A stretch of 64,000 nucleotides of DNA from Octopus sinensis (lineage: Eukaryota), in the NCBI RefSeq assembly GCF_006345805.1, contig NC_043019.1, positions 23,063,360 to 23,127,359 on the forward strand, in the 5' to 3' direction. Below are positions 47,681 to 61,728 of the stretch, piece by piece. How positions within the stretch are numbered: position 1 is the stretch's first letter; each line of letters opens with the position of its first letter. Under the pieces are notes generated by a model. It was not told the DNA's origin and made no database searches. It saw only the letters and a program-made list of their open reading frames with translations. The translations under genes were made by a program, and so were the position numbers.

Positions 47681-48967
47681 GTATTGTTCAATATCTTATG
47701 TATTGCGCTAGTTTTAGACATTCTTCTTCTTTTTTGCTGTTTTCCTGTTTTCCAGATTATGGAACTGTCATGGCCGCCATTTGCAATTTTCACTCAAAAC
47801 GTTTTGTTCATTTTTTCCTTTTTTTTTTTTTGTCCTTTCTTTCAATTTCTATTGAAAGGATTTTTAAAAACTCTAGCTTTATATATTTATTTGTTTATTT
47901 GTAGGAAATAGGGTTTTATTTTTCTGTATTGAGATTAGTTTATTTTTATTTTAAGTGTGAATTCATTTATTTAATGTAAATTCATTCTTTGAAAATAAGA
48001 AGGAAAATAAAAAAAAATCAACAAAAGGTGTGAAATGGATGCTTGTGCGAAATAAGTTATTCTTGTTATTGTTGTTATCCATCATGTCGTTGCTGTTATT
48101 ATTGTTGTTACCGCTGTTGTCATTAATGTTGTTCAGAATATTTTGTTGTTGTTATTGATCCGGCCATTGTTATTTTGTTGTTGCTGTAATTGTTCTGGCT
48201 GTTGGCAGTCATTGCTTATTTTATTGTTGTTGTTAATGTTGTTATCAATGTTGTTGTTGCCCTTATTCTTGTTGTTACTTTTATTGTTATTTTGTTGCTT
48301 GTGCTGTTGTTGTTGTTGTTGTTGTTAGTGCTGTCTTATGTGAGGCGTTTTTCTGTGATGGTTGCATTGAGTCGTTAGCTGTGTGTAAATGATAAACAAC
48401 ACTCACAAGCAATTAACAGAAGCTTTTATTTACTGTACAAAGTGTTTTCGGTGTTGGTCGTTGAATGAAGAATAACAACAACAATTTAAAAACACTGAAT
48501 GAGACAAAACTCTGGCTTTTGCAATAAATAACTGGTACATGTAGATCTGTTATTTTGCCATCACAACTGGAGAAATATTATGCTAAATTCAAAACAGTAA
48601 ATCTTGTAGTTTCTATCTGCTCGGCTTCAGAATAAAAATATGAGCATGGAGCTGTTGAAACAACTGTCTCAACATTCTGTATCTGCAAATGGCTGTAAAA
48701 TGGAAATATGAGTATGGAATTGTTGAAACAACTGCCTCGACATTTCAATGTCCAAAGATAGGTTTAAGGTCAACAAGTGTGCACTCAAGTCACTCACAAA
48801 AATTTTAACAACCCACACTAATGCATGCCCCACCCTCAATTTTCCCACATCCCATGTTGGAAAACACTGTTCTAGCTGCTATGCTTTTGGAACAACCAGC
48901 CTCCACTACTTACTTGCACTGGGTACACCTTATGAAATTTCTCCCAACACCTGTTCTACTTATCGAG

Positions 48968-49003
<36 letters not shown>

Positions 49004-50133
49004 AAGGGCTTCTTTCAGTTTCCACCTTCTAAAGCCACTCACAAGGCTTTGGTGAACCTGAGTCTATTGTAGAAGCACCCTAGGTGCCATGCAGTGAAAC
49101 TGAACCTGGAACTATGTGGTTAGCAAGCAAGCTTCTTTCCACACAGCCAAACCTGTGCAAATATCTTTGCATAAGAATGAAAAATGATCCATTTTCTCCC
49201 TTTTTAACAATTTTTTTAGCATCTCTGTATTTTAGACAACAGAAATGAACTATTCTGAACAAATAGGTGTCGTCGTGGTTGAGTGGTGAGAAGTTTGCTT
49301 GCCAACTACATGGTTTCAAGTTCAATCCCACTACATCACACTTTGGGTAAGTGTCTTCTGCTATAGCCTTGGGCCAACCAAAACTTTGTGAGTAGATTTG
49401 GTAAATGGAAACTGAAAGAAGTCCATTAAAACAAAAAGATACATATATATATATTTATTTGTTTACATATATATACATATATTGTGTGTGTGTGTGTGCT
49501 TGTCTCTTCCACTGCTTGATAATCAGTGTTGGTGGGTTTACATCCCCACAACTTACTGGTCCAGCAAAAGAAACCGATAGAATAAATAACAGGCTTTATA
49601 AAATAATTACTGGGGCCAATTCATTCAGCTAAAATTCTTCAAGGTGGTGCTACAGCATGGTCACAGTCTGATGATTGAAACAACTAAAAAATGAAAAATT
49701 TAAAAAAAGTAAATATTTTTTTACAAAAAAATTCCAATTTCTTTTACATTTTTACCTACTTCCATAACTTTTTCTCTTCTAACGATGCAAAAGAATTTCA
49801 AAGAAGACTGTTCCAAAACTCTACAGAAATTTGTATAAGAAGGAAATTTTTGAATAAGGCGCATAGTATATCACAGGTGAATCTGTATAACAACAGCCCT
49901 TGAAGTATAGAAAGGTGAAAATATGAGCAATAAATGTTAATGGTAATAGATGTTGTTTATGTACGTCTGAAAAGTAGGAGAAGCTATTTGCATTTTCACC
50001 TTCATCAGAATATGATAAACAACTTTTAAGCTGTTATTCTGTGTGTATCTGTGTGTGTATGGGGAGGTGGAGTTGTTTATGTGTATATGCAAGTATGTGT
50101 GTGTTTGTGAATGTGCTTTATATATATATATAT

Positions 50134-50210
<77 letters not shown>

Positions 50211-50356
50211 CATATATATAATATACATACATATATATATATACATATATATACCAGAGTAAACACATAAATGTGAAACAAGTTGGAAAAAAGAGTACTC
50301 AAATACCAGTGGTAGAGTAATATGCTTTATTTAAAGCAGCAGAAAATTCAACAAAA

Positions 50357-50391
50357 CCTGTTACTCTGAGTTTCCCGTTGCCGTTCATCGG
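50357..50391 (-). ncRNA. Hammerhead-like motif (variant core CCGAUGA) inside nested inverted repeats
   Basis: Minus strand CCGATGA ACG gcaa CGG GAAA CTC a GAGT A ACAGG; a stem I 5' partner is not present in this copy. Confidence 0.35.
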
Positions 50392-50989
50392 AAACTCAGA
50401 ATTTTCTGCTGCTTTACATATATATATATACATACACATACAAATACAAATACATACATAAACACACACACACACATACATTCTTTCATACATGCAAACA
50501 TGGAAATATATGTATGAATGTAACTGTATGTGTGTCTGTGTATATATATATATATATATATATACACACAAGCACGCACACACACACACACACACACACA
50601 CAAACATATACACAAGCAAGAATATGTGTATATATGTATGTATATGTTTACATACATTTATGCATGCATACAAGTATGTACATGCAAATATACACTACAC
50701 AACACACATATATATATATATATATTATATATATATGCATGTGTGTATGTTTGTGTGTGTGTGTGTGTGGTGTGTGTGTGAATGCCAGAGAGAAAAGGAG
50801 CATGTAAGTGATGTTCGTGAGTTGGTTTTCGTTCATCTCTTGTTATCCAAGAGGGAAAACGAAGCTGGCTCAAACAAGTGTTAAAATGTTGCATGCTGGG
50901 AGAACAATGGCCAACAACTACAGTTATTTATGTAATAATGTACTTCAGGAATGAGTGGGGTGGGGTGGGGGGTCAGCAACACCATTTGG

Positions 50990-51168
50990 AGTTTCACAGC
51001 TTCAAGTTGATATGGCTATATATCATCACTATTGTCATCATCACTGCCATTGTCATCGTAATGGTCATCGTCATCATCATCATCATCAATATCATCATCC
51101 TTCTGCTCTCCTCCTTTTCCTGCTTCCTCCTCCTCCTCCTCCTCCTCCTTCTCCTCTTTGTCATCATT

Positions 51169-51200
<32 letters not shown>

Positions 51201-51656
51201 TATCGTTGTTGTCATCACTACAATCCTCACTACCACCACCACCACCACCACCACCACCAACATTGTAATTATTGTCATCATCATCATCGTCATCATTGTC
51301 GTTGTCGTTAGCAGTAGGAGTGGCATCCTCCTCATCCTCATAACCACCACTACCACCAGCATCATCGGTCACCCTTCCTCCTCCGTCTCCTCCTCCTCCT
51401 CCTCCCAATCCTCCTCATCATCATCACTGCCACCATTATCACCACCATCACCAACACCATAACAACCATCATCATTATCATCACCATCACTACCACCAGC
51501 ATCATCAGTCACCCTTCTTCCTCCGTCTCCTCCTCCTCCTCCCAATCTCCATCATCATCATCACTGCCACCATTATCACCACCATCACCAACACCACAAC
51601 AACCATCATTATCATCATCATTATCGTTATTGTCATTATCACCATTATCATTGTCG

Positions 51657-51689
<33 letters not shown>

Positions 51690-51735
51690 CCTTTGTCGTC
51701 ATGGTCATCTTTGTCATTACCATTATCATCATTGT
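50990..51735. repeat. (CAT)/(CCT)/(CAC) trinucleotide field with a ~135-bp higher-order duplication
   Basis: CACTACCACCAGCATCATC.GTCACCCTT...CCCAATC at ~51349 and ~51489. Confidence 0.88.
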
Positions 51736-51754
51736 TTGACATTCTTTCAATTTA

Positions 51755-51950
51755 GCTTTGACAAAGGAATTTACTGACATTGATGAAGGGAAACAGAAGT
51801 AATAATGCATGCCAGGGGAAACCCTGCTGTTCAACAAGGGGTTCGCTTGGGTCAAAGGAACCAACCAAAGAAGCTCCTTCAACATGGTGATGGGAGCATT
51901 CAACAGCGTGTATTTCTCCAACCTCACAGCATTATATATCTGGACATCAT
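51755..51950 (+). mobile_element. Penelope-like element reverse transcriptase remnant
   Basis: With one frameshift: EFTDIDEG..VIMHAR.TLLFNKGFAWVKG....SFNMVMGAFNSVYFSNLTALYI, matching the PLE IMHAR..LLF..W.K..FDVTMG.FDG..V.ELVGLYI pattern. Confidence 0.65.
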
Positions 51951-52072
51951 AACAAAGAGGTTCCCAGGAATTGAACACATGGCATCACAATTGTGAGCCC
52001 AACACTCTAACCACTGAGCCATGCACCTTCACAACAGGGCTGCAGTATGTGACACGCATTCCAAGTGCCAAT

Positions 52073-52580
52073 CATCATCATCATTGTTCGACCGTGGTCG
52101 AGACAATGGAATTTACCATGCTACGCCAGACTTCACGGTCCATCATGGCATTACGGAGGTCCTGTTGCTGGATGCCTGTATCCCTGGAGATTACATCTGG
52201 GTAGGAGAGTGTGCGCCCTCTGGTATTGTGCGAGTAGATGGCTTCCAGAGGAGAAGAGTAGAAATTGCCTCGTTTTCAGCTCTACAACAATGTCCAGCAA
52301 ACTGGACTCTCCTACCTTTCGCAAAAGATGACACAGGTGGTAGTTTCCCATATATTAGCATTTTGGTTGGATGACGCTGCCACAAGAGATTTTGAGCTCT
52401 CATAAGGAGGCGAGTGTAGGTTCCATCCAACCGCCTATCAAGCTTCTTTGATAACGTCCAGGTTTCTGAGCCATATAGTAGAATTGGTTTGACTGTGGCT
52501 TTGAAGATTTCAAGTTTGAAGTCTCTACTTAGATTTGATGACCAGATCTTATGCATGTCATTACAGGCTGACCAGGCCAT
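52073..52580 (-). mobile_element. RTE-superfamily LINE 3' fragment with (ATG)n tail
   Basis: AWSACNDMHKIWSSNLSRDFKLEIFKATVKPILLYGSETWTL...RRVQFAGHC...LLLWKP...ISRDTGIQQQDLRNAMMDREVW. Confidence 0.9.
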
Positions 52581-53089
52581 ACCCTTTCTAGTTAGAAAGT
52601 GCTAAACAGTGGAACTGAACCCAAATCTATGGAGTCCAGAAGCAAACCTCTTAACCACAAGACATCCATACCTACAACTTCTTCAAAGACTCCAATGGAT
52701 TAATTTTTGATGACATAGAACCTGGCCATTTTCTTTAAATCCCACATTCTACCTTTTGTAGCATCGATATCAGTGTGTGGCAAACAGCAGAGCTGTTTGC
52801 AAACCTCCACTTGCTATCATCTTGTAAATGGCATCCACATTCTGTTGCTTGTTTATCAACAGTGGGTGATTCTAGGTTTAAGAGAATTCCTTCCATCATC
52901 TTCTATCTGCTTATCTCTTTTATCTTTCCTAGATCAACAGAGTTATGAAGACGTGATTGCCTATTTAATTTAGTGATTGGTGATTAACGATCCAAACTTA
53001 TGGTCTGTATGGTACTTTCAGCCGGTATTTATTAAATATTAACCCATTCTCGCAGGTTCTATCGTAATGTGTAAACACTGCGCCATGAT

Positions 53090-53374
53090 ACATGTGTGTA
53101 TGCATGTGTGTGCATGTCTGTGTGTGTGTGTGTGTGTATACACAGAGACACACACACATATGTATACATATATGTATATGTATACATATACATATATGTA
53201 CTTATATATATACATATATATACAAACACATATATGTACTTTATATGTATATACATATATTAACACATATATATGTATATGTATGTATATGTAAATATAT
53301 ATATGTATGTGCACATACATATATGTGCATACATATTTATATATATATATATATTATATGCATACAATATATAT

Positions 53375-53405
<31 letters not shown>

Positions 53406-53435
53406 AATATATTATATATATACATATACATATAC

Positions 53436-53486
<51 letters not shown>

Positions 53487-53487
53487 C

Positions 53488-53541
<54 letters not shown>

Positions 53542-53618
53542 TATACAATACATATAATCATATATATATATATACACATATATAATATATATGTACACAC
53601 ATATATATTTACCCCCCC

Positions 53619-53651
<33 letters not shown>

Positions 53652-54020
53652 TATACATATAGATATATAATATATGTGCATATATATGTATGTATGTACA
53701 TATATATATGTACACATACTATATATATTTACACATACATACATACATACATACGATTATATAGATATATTATATATATAATATATATATATCAAAAAAA
53801 AAAATAATATTAACAGCCATGCACAATACACATACACATGCACATACATACATATATGCATCTTATGCATGCCTGAATCTTCATGAATAGTGTGTGCATG
53901 CCTCTGTGTGTGTGTGTGTGTGTGTGTGTACACATGTGTGCACATGTGTGTGTGTGTGCACATGAATGTGTGTGTGTGTACAGGCATGTGTGTGTGTGTG
54001 TGTGTGTGCATGTTTGTATT
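53090..54020. repeat. Long (TA)/(TG)/(CA) microsatellite field
   Basis: Direct reading. Confidence 0.92.
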
Positions 54021-54169
54021 AAGAGTAGTGAAAGAGAAATGGGAGAAAGATAACAGTTTTCCAAATTGAAGAATATTCATCTGGAATTGTACCTCAAAGA
54101 GGAAACAATATTGGTTCACACAGCAATAAAACTCGGCTGGAATTAGTCATAGATAATATCAGTCACTTA

Positions 54170-54178
54170 TATTTACAT

Positions 54179-54232
<54 letters not shown>

Positions 54233-54249
54233 TCATCACCATCACCATG

Positions 54250-54310
<61 letters not shown>

Positions 54311-54327
54311 TCATCACCATCACCATG

Positions 54328-54382
<55 letters not shown>

Positions 54383-54400
54383 TCATCACCATCACCATGA

Positions 54401-54451
<51 letters not shown>

Positions 54452-54886
54452 TGTCATCATCATCACCATCATCATTAGTGTCATCACTGTCATCATTATT
54501 ATCATCACCACCATTCGTTTCCATTACCCTCACTACTCTGACAGCCGCCACCATCACCTCCGCTGCTGCAAGAAACATCATAGACATCGGAACAGAAAGC
54601 AATCATTGATTGGTGTTAGTTGTAGTTTGTCTATCATAGTCATCAATATCTCCCCTACCACCACCACCACCACCACCACCACCACCACCACCACCACCGC
54701 CGCGCCGCCGCCGCCGCCGCCATCATCATCATCATCATCATCATCACCATTCATTCTCACTATTACCACCACCACTTTCACTATCACAACAATCACCAAC
54801 ATCACCATCACTGCCATTATCATCATCACCACCACCACCACCACACCGCTGCCACCACCACTATCATCATCATCATCATCATCATC

Positions 54887-54937
<51 letters not shown>

Positions 54938-55120
54938 CCACCACCCCCACTACCATCACCATCAACATCACCACTATCACCATCGCAAATCTTCAACACG
55001 GCCACTACCACTATCACCACCATCATCACTGCCATCATCACCACTGTGTTTCCTCCTTGTTAATTACCATTATTGGAACCTGCTCCTCCCTCTCCCCTCC
55101 CTCCTCCTCCTCCTCTTCCA
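54170..55120. repeat. (CAT)/(CAC) field with three ~80-bp higher-order units
   Basis: CATCCATCATCACCATCACCATG recurs at ~54226, ~54305 and ~54377. Confidence 0.88.
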
Positions 55121-55382
55121 AATGAAATATTGGTGAAGCATGAAGATGAGGTGAAGTGGAATTGACACGACTTTCAGATATTGGAACAACAATAGTTTGG
55201 GAAGAATATGGTTAAGTCTGTGTTAAAGAGTCTTGGAGGAACCGAACTGGAATTCTAGCTGCAGTGATTAATAATTTAGACTGACATTCAAAGACCTCTC
55301 AAAGATTGCAATCAAGGAATTGAGACAATGGAACTACTGCTACATCAGGTGGTCAGTTAATATTGGGTTATCTAACCAACAT

Positions 55383-55963
55383 AGGCACAAGACCACACAT
55401 CTGGGGTAGCCAGGGGGCAGGGAGTATAGGAGTATAGTTGGTTATATATCTGCCCCTCCAGGGCAGTGAGCTGGCAGAAACGTTAGCACGCTGGGCGAAA
55501 TGTGTAGTCGTATTTCGTCTGCTGTTACGTTCTGAGTTCAAATTCCGCCGAGGTCGACTTTGCCTTTCATCCTTTCGGGGTCGATAAATAAAGTACCAGT
55601 TATGCAGTGGGGTCGATGTAATCGACTTAATCCCTTTGTCTGTCCTTGTTTGTCCCCTCTATGTTTAGCCCCTTGTGGAGGCACAAGACCACACATCTGG
55701 GGGTAGCTAGGGGGCAGGGAATATAGGAGTATAGTTCGTTATATATCTGCCCCCCCAGGGCAGTGAGCTGGCAGAAACGTTAGCACGCCGGGCGAAATGC
55801 GTAGCCATATTTCGTCTGCTGTTACGTTCTGAGTTCAAATTCCGCCGAGGTTGACTTTGCCTTTCATCCTTTCGGGGTCGATAAATAAAGTACCAGTTAC
55901 GCAGTGGGGTCGATGTAATCGACTTAATCCGTTTGTCTGTCCTTGTTTGTCCCCTCTATGTTA
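55383..55963 (+). repeat. Tandem ~298-bp duplication (unique flank plus SINE A) abutting the assembly gap
   Basis: GCACAAGACCACACATCTGGGG...TATATATCTGCCCC.CCAGGGCAGTGAGCTGGCAG occurs twice. Confidence 0.88.
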
Positions 55964-56063
55964 NNNNNNNNNNNNNNNNNNNNNNNNNNNNNNNNNNNNN
56001 NNNNNNNNNNNNNNNNNNNNNNNNNNNNNNNNNNNNNNNNNNNNNNNNNNNNNNNNNNNNNNN
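55964..56063. other. Assembly gap (100 N)
   Basis: Direct reading. Confidence 1.
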
Positions 56064-56774
56064 ACATACAATTATGCATGTCTCTATATATCATATATGC
56101 ACACCTACAAATATGGTTGTGTGTGTGTGTTTACATGACAGACATGCATATACTTATATTTATGGTTATATACATACATGTATGCTTATATATATATATG
56201 TGTGTCTATCTATAATCAATCTATCTATTCACCTGTCTCCATCACTTACATTTTTTTTTTCCCCTTATGTATCGACTTTCCCTTCGCAACCAAATAAAAT
56301 AAATCTGGAAAAAGACAAAATAAAAGAGAAAAAAGTAAGAAAAAAAATAAGAAAAAAAGAAAACCTACAGACATTTCACAGCAAATAAAATGTACATACA
56401 TTTTGTTGTACATTTTTGTGAAAACTTGATATAGCGGAAAACATTTATAAAACACATTTTTTTTTATAGAAATATAACTACACCAATCATAGAATACATT
56501 TTCACCCTAAAAACTTAATTCTTTCTTCTTTTCATTTTAAAATGAAAATACTTAACAAACAATGAAATTTTTTGACTTTAATCATGTTTTCTTTAATCTT
56601 TTTCTAATAGAGAATCTGAGTAAAAATATTATTTTTAAAAATTGTAAATAATAATAATAGAAAAAGAAATTTACTTATTTTGCTTTTAGTGATATTTTTA
56701 CCTTTGGAAATTCAAGCAGAGATGCTATTCAGTTCCATCTACAACACTGGGTAACACAAGTTTTCTCCTTGGGT

Positions 56775-57455
56775 AGCAACTATTATTTCTGATTTGCTTA
56801 CCTTTAGAAAGTATGAAAAATGGCTTAAATATTTCCTTCAAACTTTGCTTTTGTTACATTTATTCAAACCCAAAAGAATCCCTCTCAATACACAGCTATG
56901 ATGCTCCCCAACTATTCCTACTCAAGGTCAAAGATACACATAGGTGCAGGAGGCTGTGTGGTAAGTGCTGCTTACCAACCACATGGTCCGGGTTTCAGTC
57001 CCACTGCGTGGCACCTTGGGCAAGTGGTCTTCTACTATAGCCTCGGCCGACCAAAGCCTTGTGAGTGGATTTGGTAGACGAAAACTGAAAGAAGCCCATC
57101 GTATATATGTATATAGATATATATGTGTTTGTGTGTCTGTGTTTGTCCCCTAGCATTGCTTGACAACCGATGCTGGTGTGTTTATGTCCCTGTCACTTAG
57201 CGGTTTGGCAAAGGAGACCGATAGAATAAGTACTGGGCTTACAAAGAATAAGGTGGTGCTCCAGCATGGCTGTAGTCAACTGACTGAAACAAGTAAAAGA
57301 GTAAAAGAGTATACTGTCAGCCACTAAGGGACATGCCCTAGTGGTTAAGGTCAAGCAACTGACAAACAAAACTGTGGTATTGAGCAGAATATTTGCTATA
57401 ATGATATTTCTGCTTCAGCAACTCAGCACTGAATCTGTCCGAAATGTAATGGAAA
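56775..57455 (-). mobile_element. Family F copy interrupted by a SINE B (56942-57312, +)
   Basis: The flanks join into the 6440-6722 sequence. Confidence 0.82.
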
Positions 57456-57478
57456 TCATCATCATCATCACCATCACC

Positions 57479-57510
<32 letters not shown>

Positions 57511-57773
57511 CATCATCATTATTATTATCATTTATTATTATTATCATCATTATTATTATTATATTATTAGTTTTTTTATTATTAATTATCATTATTACTA
57601 TTAATTATTATCATCATCATCATCATCATCATCATTATTATTATTAGTTTTTTTATATTATATTATTATTATTATTATCATATTATTATTATTATTATTA
57701 TCATCATTATTTTTATTATTATCATTAATATTTTATTATTATATTATTTTTATTTTTATTATCATTTTTATTA

Positions 57774-57818
<45 letters not shown>

Positions 57819-58154
57819 TTATTCAAGCTTCCTGCCCCTGCTTCTAACCCCTTCCATTTTGAAAATAATTCTCCTTAATCCTTCTTGTCCATGTCTTCTT
57901 ATCCGATACACTCCGTAGCAGTTATATAAATAGCCAGGAATTAAATCCATCATTCTCTCAGAGAAACAGCAAGATATGAGCTTAATGGAATTTTGGACTG
58001 GAGTCACTTAACGGATGGTATTGGTCTCTCTTCTTTCTTTAAAGCACAATAACATTGGCCTTGCCAACACAGGCATCAACACATCAGCATCACCAATACT
58101 ACTACCATCATCACCAACACTATCACCGTCTTCATCATAATCATCATCGTCATC

Positions 58155-58203
<49 letters not shown>

Positions 58204-58213
58204 CCACCACCAC

Positions 58214-58276
<63 letters not shown>

Positions 58277-58569
58277 GGCATCAACACATCAGCATCACCA
58301 ATATTACTACCATCATCACCAACACCATCACCGTCTTCATCATAATCATCATCATCATCACCATTACCATCACCATCATCATCATCATCACTACCATCAT
58401 CACCATAATCATCATCACCGTCACCATCAACACCACCACCATCATCATCATCGCCACCACCAACACTACCAGCAACATAATCACTACCAACAGCACCAGC
58501 ATCATCATCATCATCACCACTACCACTACCACCACCACCACCACCAGTGTGCCTATGTATGTATATCTT

Positions 58570-58866
58570 TTATCTTTTTTTCTTTTATTTACTTCAGTCG
58601 TTAGACTGTGGCCATGCTGGGACACCGCCTTGAAGAATTCTCAACCCCAGTACTTATATTTTAAAGTTGCATATTTATTGTATCAGTCACTTTTGCCAAA
58701 CTATTAAGTCACAGGGAGGTAAACACACCGGCACTGGTTGACAAGCAATGATGGGAGGACAAACACGGACACAAAGACACACATAGATGTATACATATAT
58801 ATGACAGGCTTCTTTCAGTTTCCAGCTACCAAATCCACTCACAACGCTTTGGTTAGCCTGAGGCTA
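58570..58866 (-). mobile_element. SINE family B, lacking its head
   Basis: Family B tail and CORE-proximal motifs; head replaced by the 58870-59080 element. Confidence 0.8.
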
Positions 58867-58869
58867 GAG

Positions 58870-59080
58870 AATTACAACCGTGTTTCGTGGTCTGCTACCA
58901 CAACAGCTCCTTTATAGGATCCAGTTAGCTTAAGACATCATCAGGAGGAACCACGTCCGGTTTCGGCCCCTACTCCTCTACCGTCTTGACGTGGCGGGGC
59001 CCCTCCTTTCGGAGGTGTCTTCAGCTCTGGTGGTGGGTGCATGTCTTCTTTCTTCTTTCTTCTGTTCCCTGGCCTCTTCC
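58870..59080 (-). mobile_element. Structured retroposon 3' end related to the 19930-20100 UTR
   Basis: Same order of hairpin, 6-bp GC stem, GAAA, CTGATGA and TATA..GGAGCT.TT..TGGTAGCA. Confidence 0.55.
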
Positions 59081-59398
59081 ATCCGATTGCGCTCAAATTT
59101 GATATGTCAGCGAGTGTCAGCCGGTGACTGACTGTCTTGTCAAATTTTTCTCTTTAAATACCTGCCGCATAGGCTCCAGCAGGCAGCCCCAGCAAGTTGT
59201 CATGTGACACTGTCTCACCTTAACTGACTAGTGAAGGCGCGTAGTTTTAGCCCGCGCTTTTTCTAAACGACCGTCACCTGTCAGTTAGCAAAGCTGATTC
59301 AGTCAGCTTGTCTCACCTAATGATGTTATTTCCCGTCGACGTGTTTATGACTTTCAAGCCATTTTCGGTCTTCCCGCTTCAGCCATATAATAATAATA

Positions 59399-59435
<37 letters not shown>

Positions 59436-60364
59436 TGTGTACAGTGCTCAGGTGCACTACAACTCATCTAAAGTGTATATATAATCAGGTGTAGTTTCGG
59501 CAGATTTCGGAAAGCATGAGGGCCTTAAAGGATGCAGTGTCATGGCAGTCAATATATAGAAGCTGGCTTTTTCGACCGCCTCCTGTACTCTCCTTATTAG
59601 TTTACACAGCTTGTAAAGGTGTCACACTGTGAGACTGAACCCCCAACCGTGTGGTTGGGAAGCAAGCTTCTTACCGCACAGCCATGTCTGTGCCGATATA
59701 AAAATTAAACCATTAACACATGCCTGTGTTATACATGCCAGGATGTCTGTCTCACATTAATTTCACACACCATTATGATTATCTAATTATCAAAACCAGT
59801 CATTCTAATTACAGTTTACTTTCATTAAATACATGAAAGGTAATAAATCTGTTTTAGAAATATTTAATAAATATAAAATCACATAGAATATATAGTAAAA
59901 ATATATAACATATAATAGTATATAATATACAATAGTGTATGATAAATAATTAAAATATATAATATATAATGAAGATATATGATTAAAGTATAGAATAAAT
60001 GATGGAGAAGATAAGGGGGGAAATTGAAACAAAATTGAAATAGATTTTGAGAGTAAATTTTAATAAATATTGTACATTACTTTCTCAATTAACCTAAATA
60101 CATACATATATACACATATATATATGTGTGTGTATATATGTGTGTGTGCATGCAAGTGTATATATATATAGATATAGATATAGATATAGATAAAGAGAAA
60201 CAGACAGACAGAGACAGACAGACAGACAGATACATACATAGATGTCTTTTATTTTTTTAGTTGTTTCATTCATTAGACTGCGGCCATGCTGGGGCACTGC
60301 CTTGAAGAACTCTGAGTCAAATAAATTGATTCCAGTTCTTGTTTTCATTTTTTAAGCCACTGTT

Positions 60365-60732
60365 TACAGACCACATGGTTCCGGGTTCAGTCCCACTGCG
60401 TGGCACCTTGGGCAAGTGTCTTCTACTATAGCCTCGGGCCGACCAAAGCCTTGTGAGTGGATTTGGTAGACGGAAACTGAAAGAAGCCTGTCGTATATAT
60501 ATATATATATGTATGTATGTGTGTGTGTTTGTGTGTCTGTGTTTGTCCCCCTAGCAGTGCTTGACAACCGATGCTGGTGTGTTTATGTCCCCGTTACTTA
60601 GCGGTTCGGCAAAAGAGACCGATAGAATAAGTACTGGGCTTACAAAAGAATAAGTCCCGGGGTCGAGTTGCTCGATTAAAGGCGGTGCTCCAGCATGGCC
60701 GCAGTCAAATGACTGAAACAAGTAAAAAGAGT
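60365..60732 (+). mobile_element. SINE family B
   Basis: Family B motifs, CpGs mostly intact. Confidence 0.9.
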
Positions 60733-60926
60733 ATACTTATTCTATCAATCTCTTTTTGCTGAACAACTAGGTTATGGAGACATAAGCACACCAAAACTAT
60801 CTGTTAAGTGGTGGTGGGAGACAAACACAGTCACAAACACACACACACACACACACATACACACACACACATACACACACACACACATACACACACACAC
60901 ATACACACACACACACACACAGAACA

Positions 60927-61130
60927 TCTATTATATAAAATCCATTCTGTCTGTGTGTGTGTGTCTTCTAGGATCTTGGGCATCCTCCATCCGATTGCGC
61001 TCAAATTTGATATGTAGATACCGACAGTACCAGGGCATGTATAAGTCTTGAAAAAATTACAAAAATCGATTCCAGGTGAGAATGCGATCGATAAAGCCAT
61101 TTTTGTCCTGCTTTTCTTCCGTCAACCTGT
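60927..61130 (+). mobile_element. Helitron-like 5' fragment
   Basis: A|TCTATTATATAAAATCC...(TG)n start; CCATCCGATTGCGCTCAAATTTGATATGT is also present at ~59079-59107. Confidence 0.6.
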
Positions 61131-61530
61131 ACATAACTGCAGCTTCCATTTTTTGTTGTTTTTGTACTGCTTAAAGGCACGTTTCTTTCCTGCCAAGCTT
61201 ACTATTTAAACCATGTTTGTGTTCTCCCAGTCAACAGCCTTATTATTACTGGTACTTTAAACTCTTTGGTTGCATATTTGTGTGGATAAAATCGTTTTTC
61301 TTTGGAATAGAAAAAGTCTATCTTTATTTCTTCTTTTGCTGGTGTCTCAAATTTAGGTTAAATCAGTGTTTCTCAAAGGGGAGGCCCAGGGGACAGTTGG
61401 ACAAGCTGTTTTGAGAAAATTTGGTTTAAATGTTTGACAACTCAGCACCATCCATTGGACGGGGGGGGGGTGTTTTACTCGTCTATATATATATATAGAC
61501 TCTCTCCTTTTCTCTCCTTGTTTCTTTTCT

Positions 61531-61574
61531 GTCTACCTTTCTGTAGAAGAGCATAGGCTCGAAACGTAAAAGAC
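61531..61574 (+). ncRNA. Minimal type-I hammerhead-like motif (variant core CUGUAGA) in a (TA)n-flanked element (~61497-61672)
   Basis: gtctac-CTTT CTGTAGA A GAGC atag GCTC GAAAC GTA AAAG-ac; second copy of the 29 kb element. Confidence 0.6.
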
Positions 61575-61678
61575 TTTTTTTTATTCCTGAGCGCTATACT
61601 AATACATTTGTTTGTTTGTACTCCACCTGCCTTCGTCTTTTGTTTATTTTCGTAAACTTCCCCCTATATATATAAATA

Positions 61679-61728
<50 letters not shown>

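Noticed and set aside
55851-56388. ORFs spanning 55.9-56.3 kb
   Set aside because: Artefacts of translating through the N gap.
57815-58055. Host exon (…RIIFKMEGVRSRGRKLE)
   Set aside because: Contains a stop and lacks splice signals; more likely a decayed RTE C-terminus (EG.R.RGR motif), too weak to annotate.
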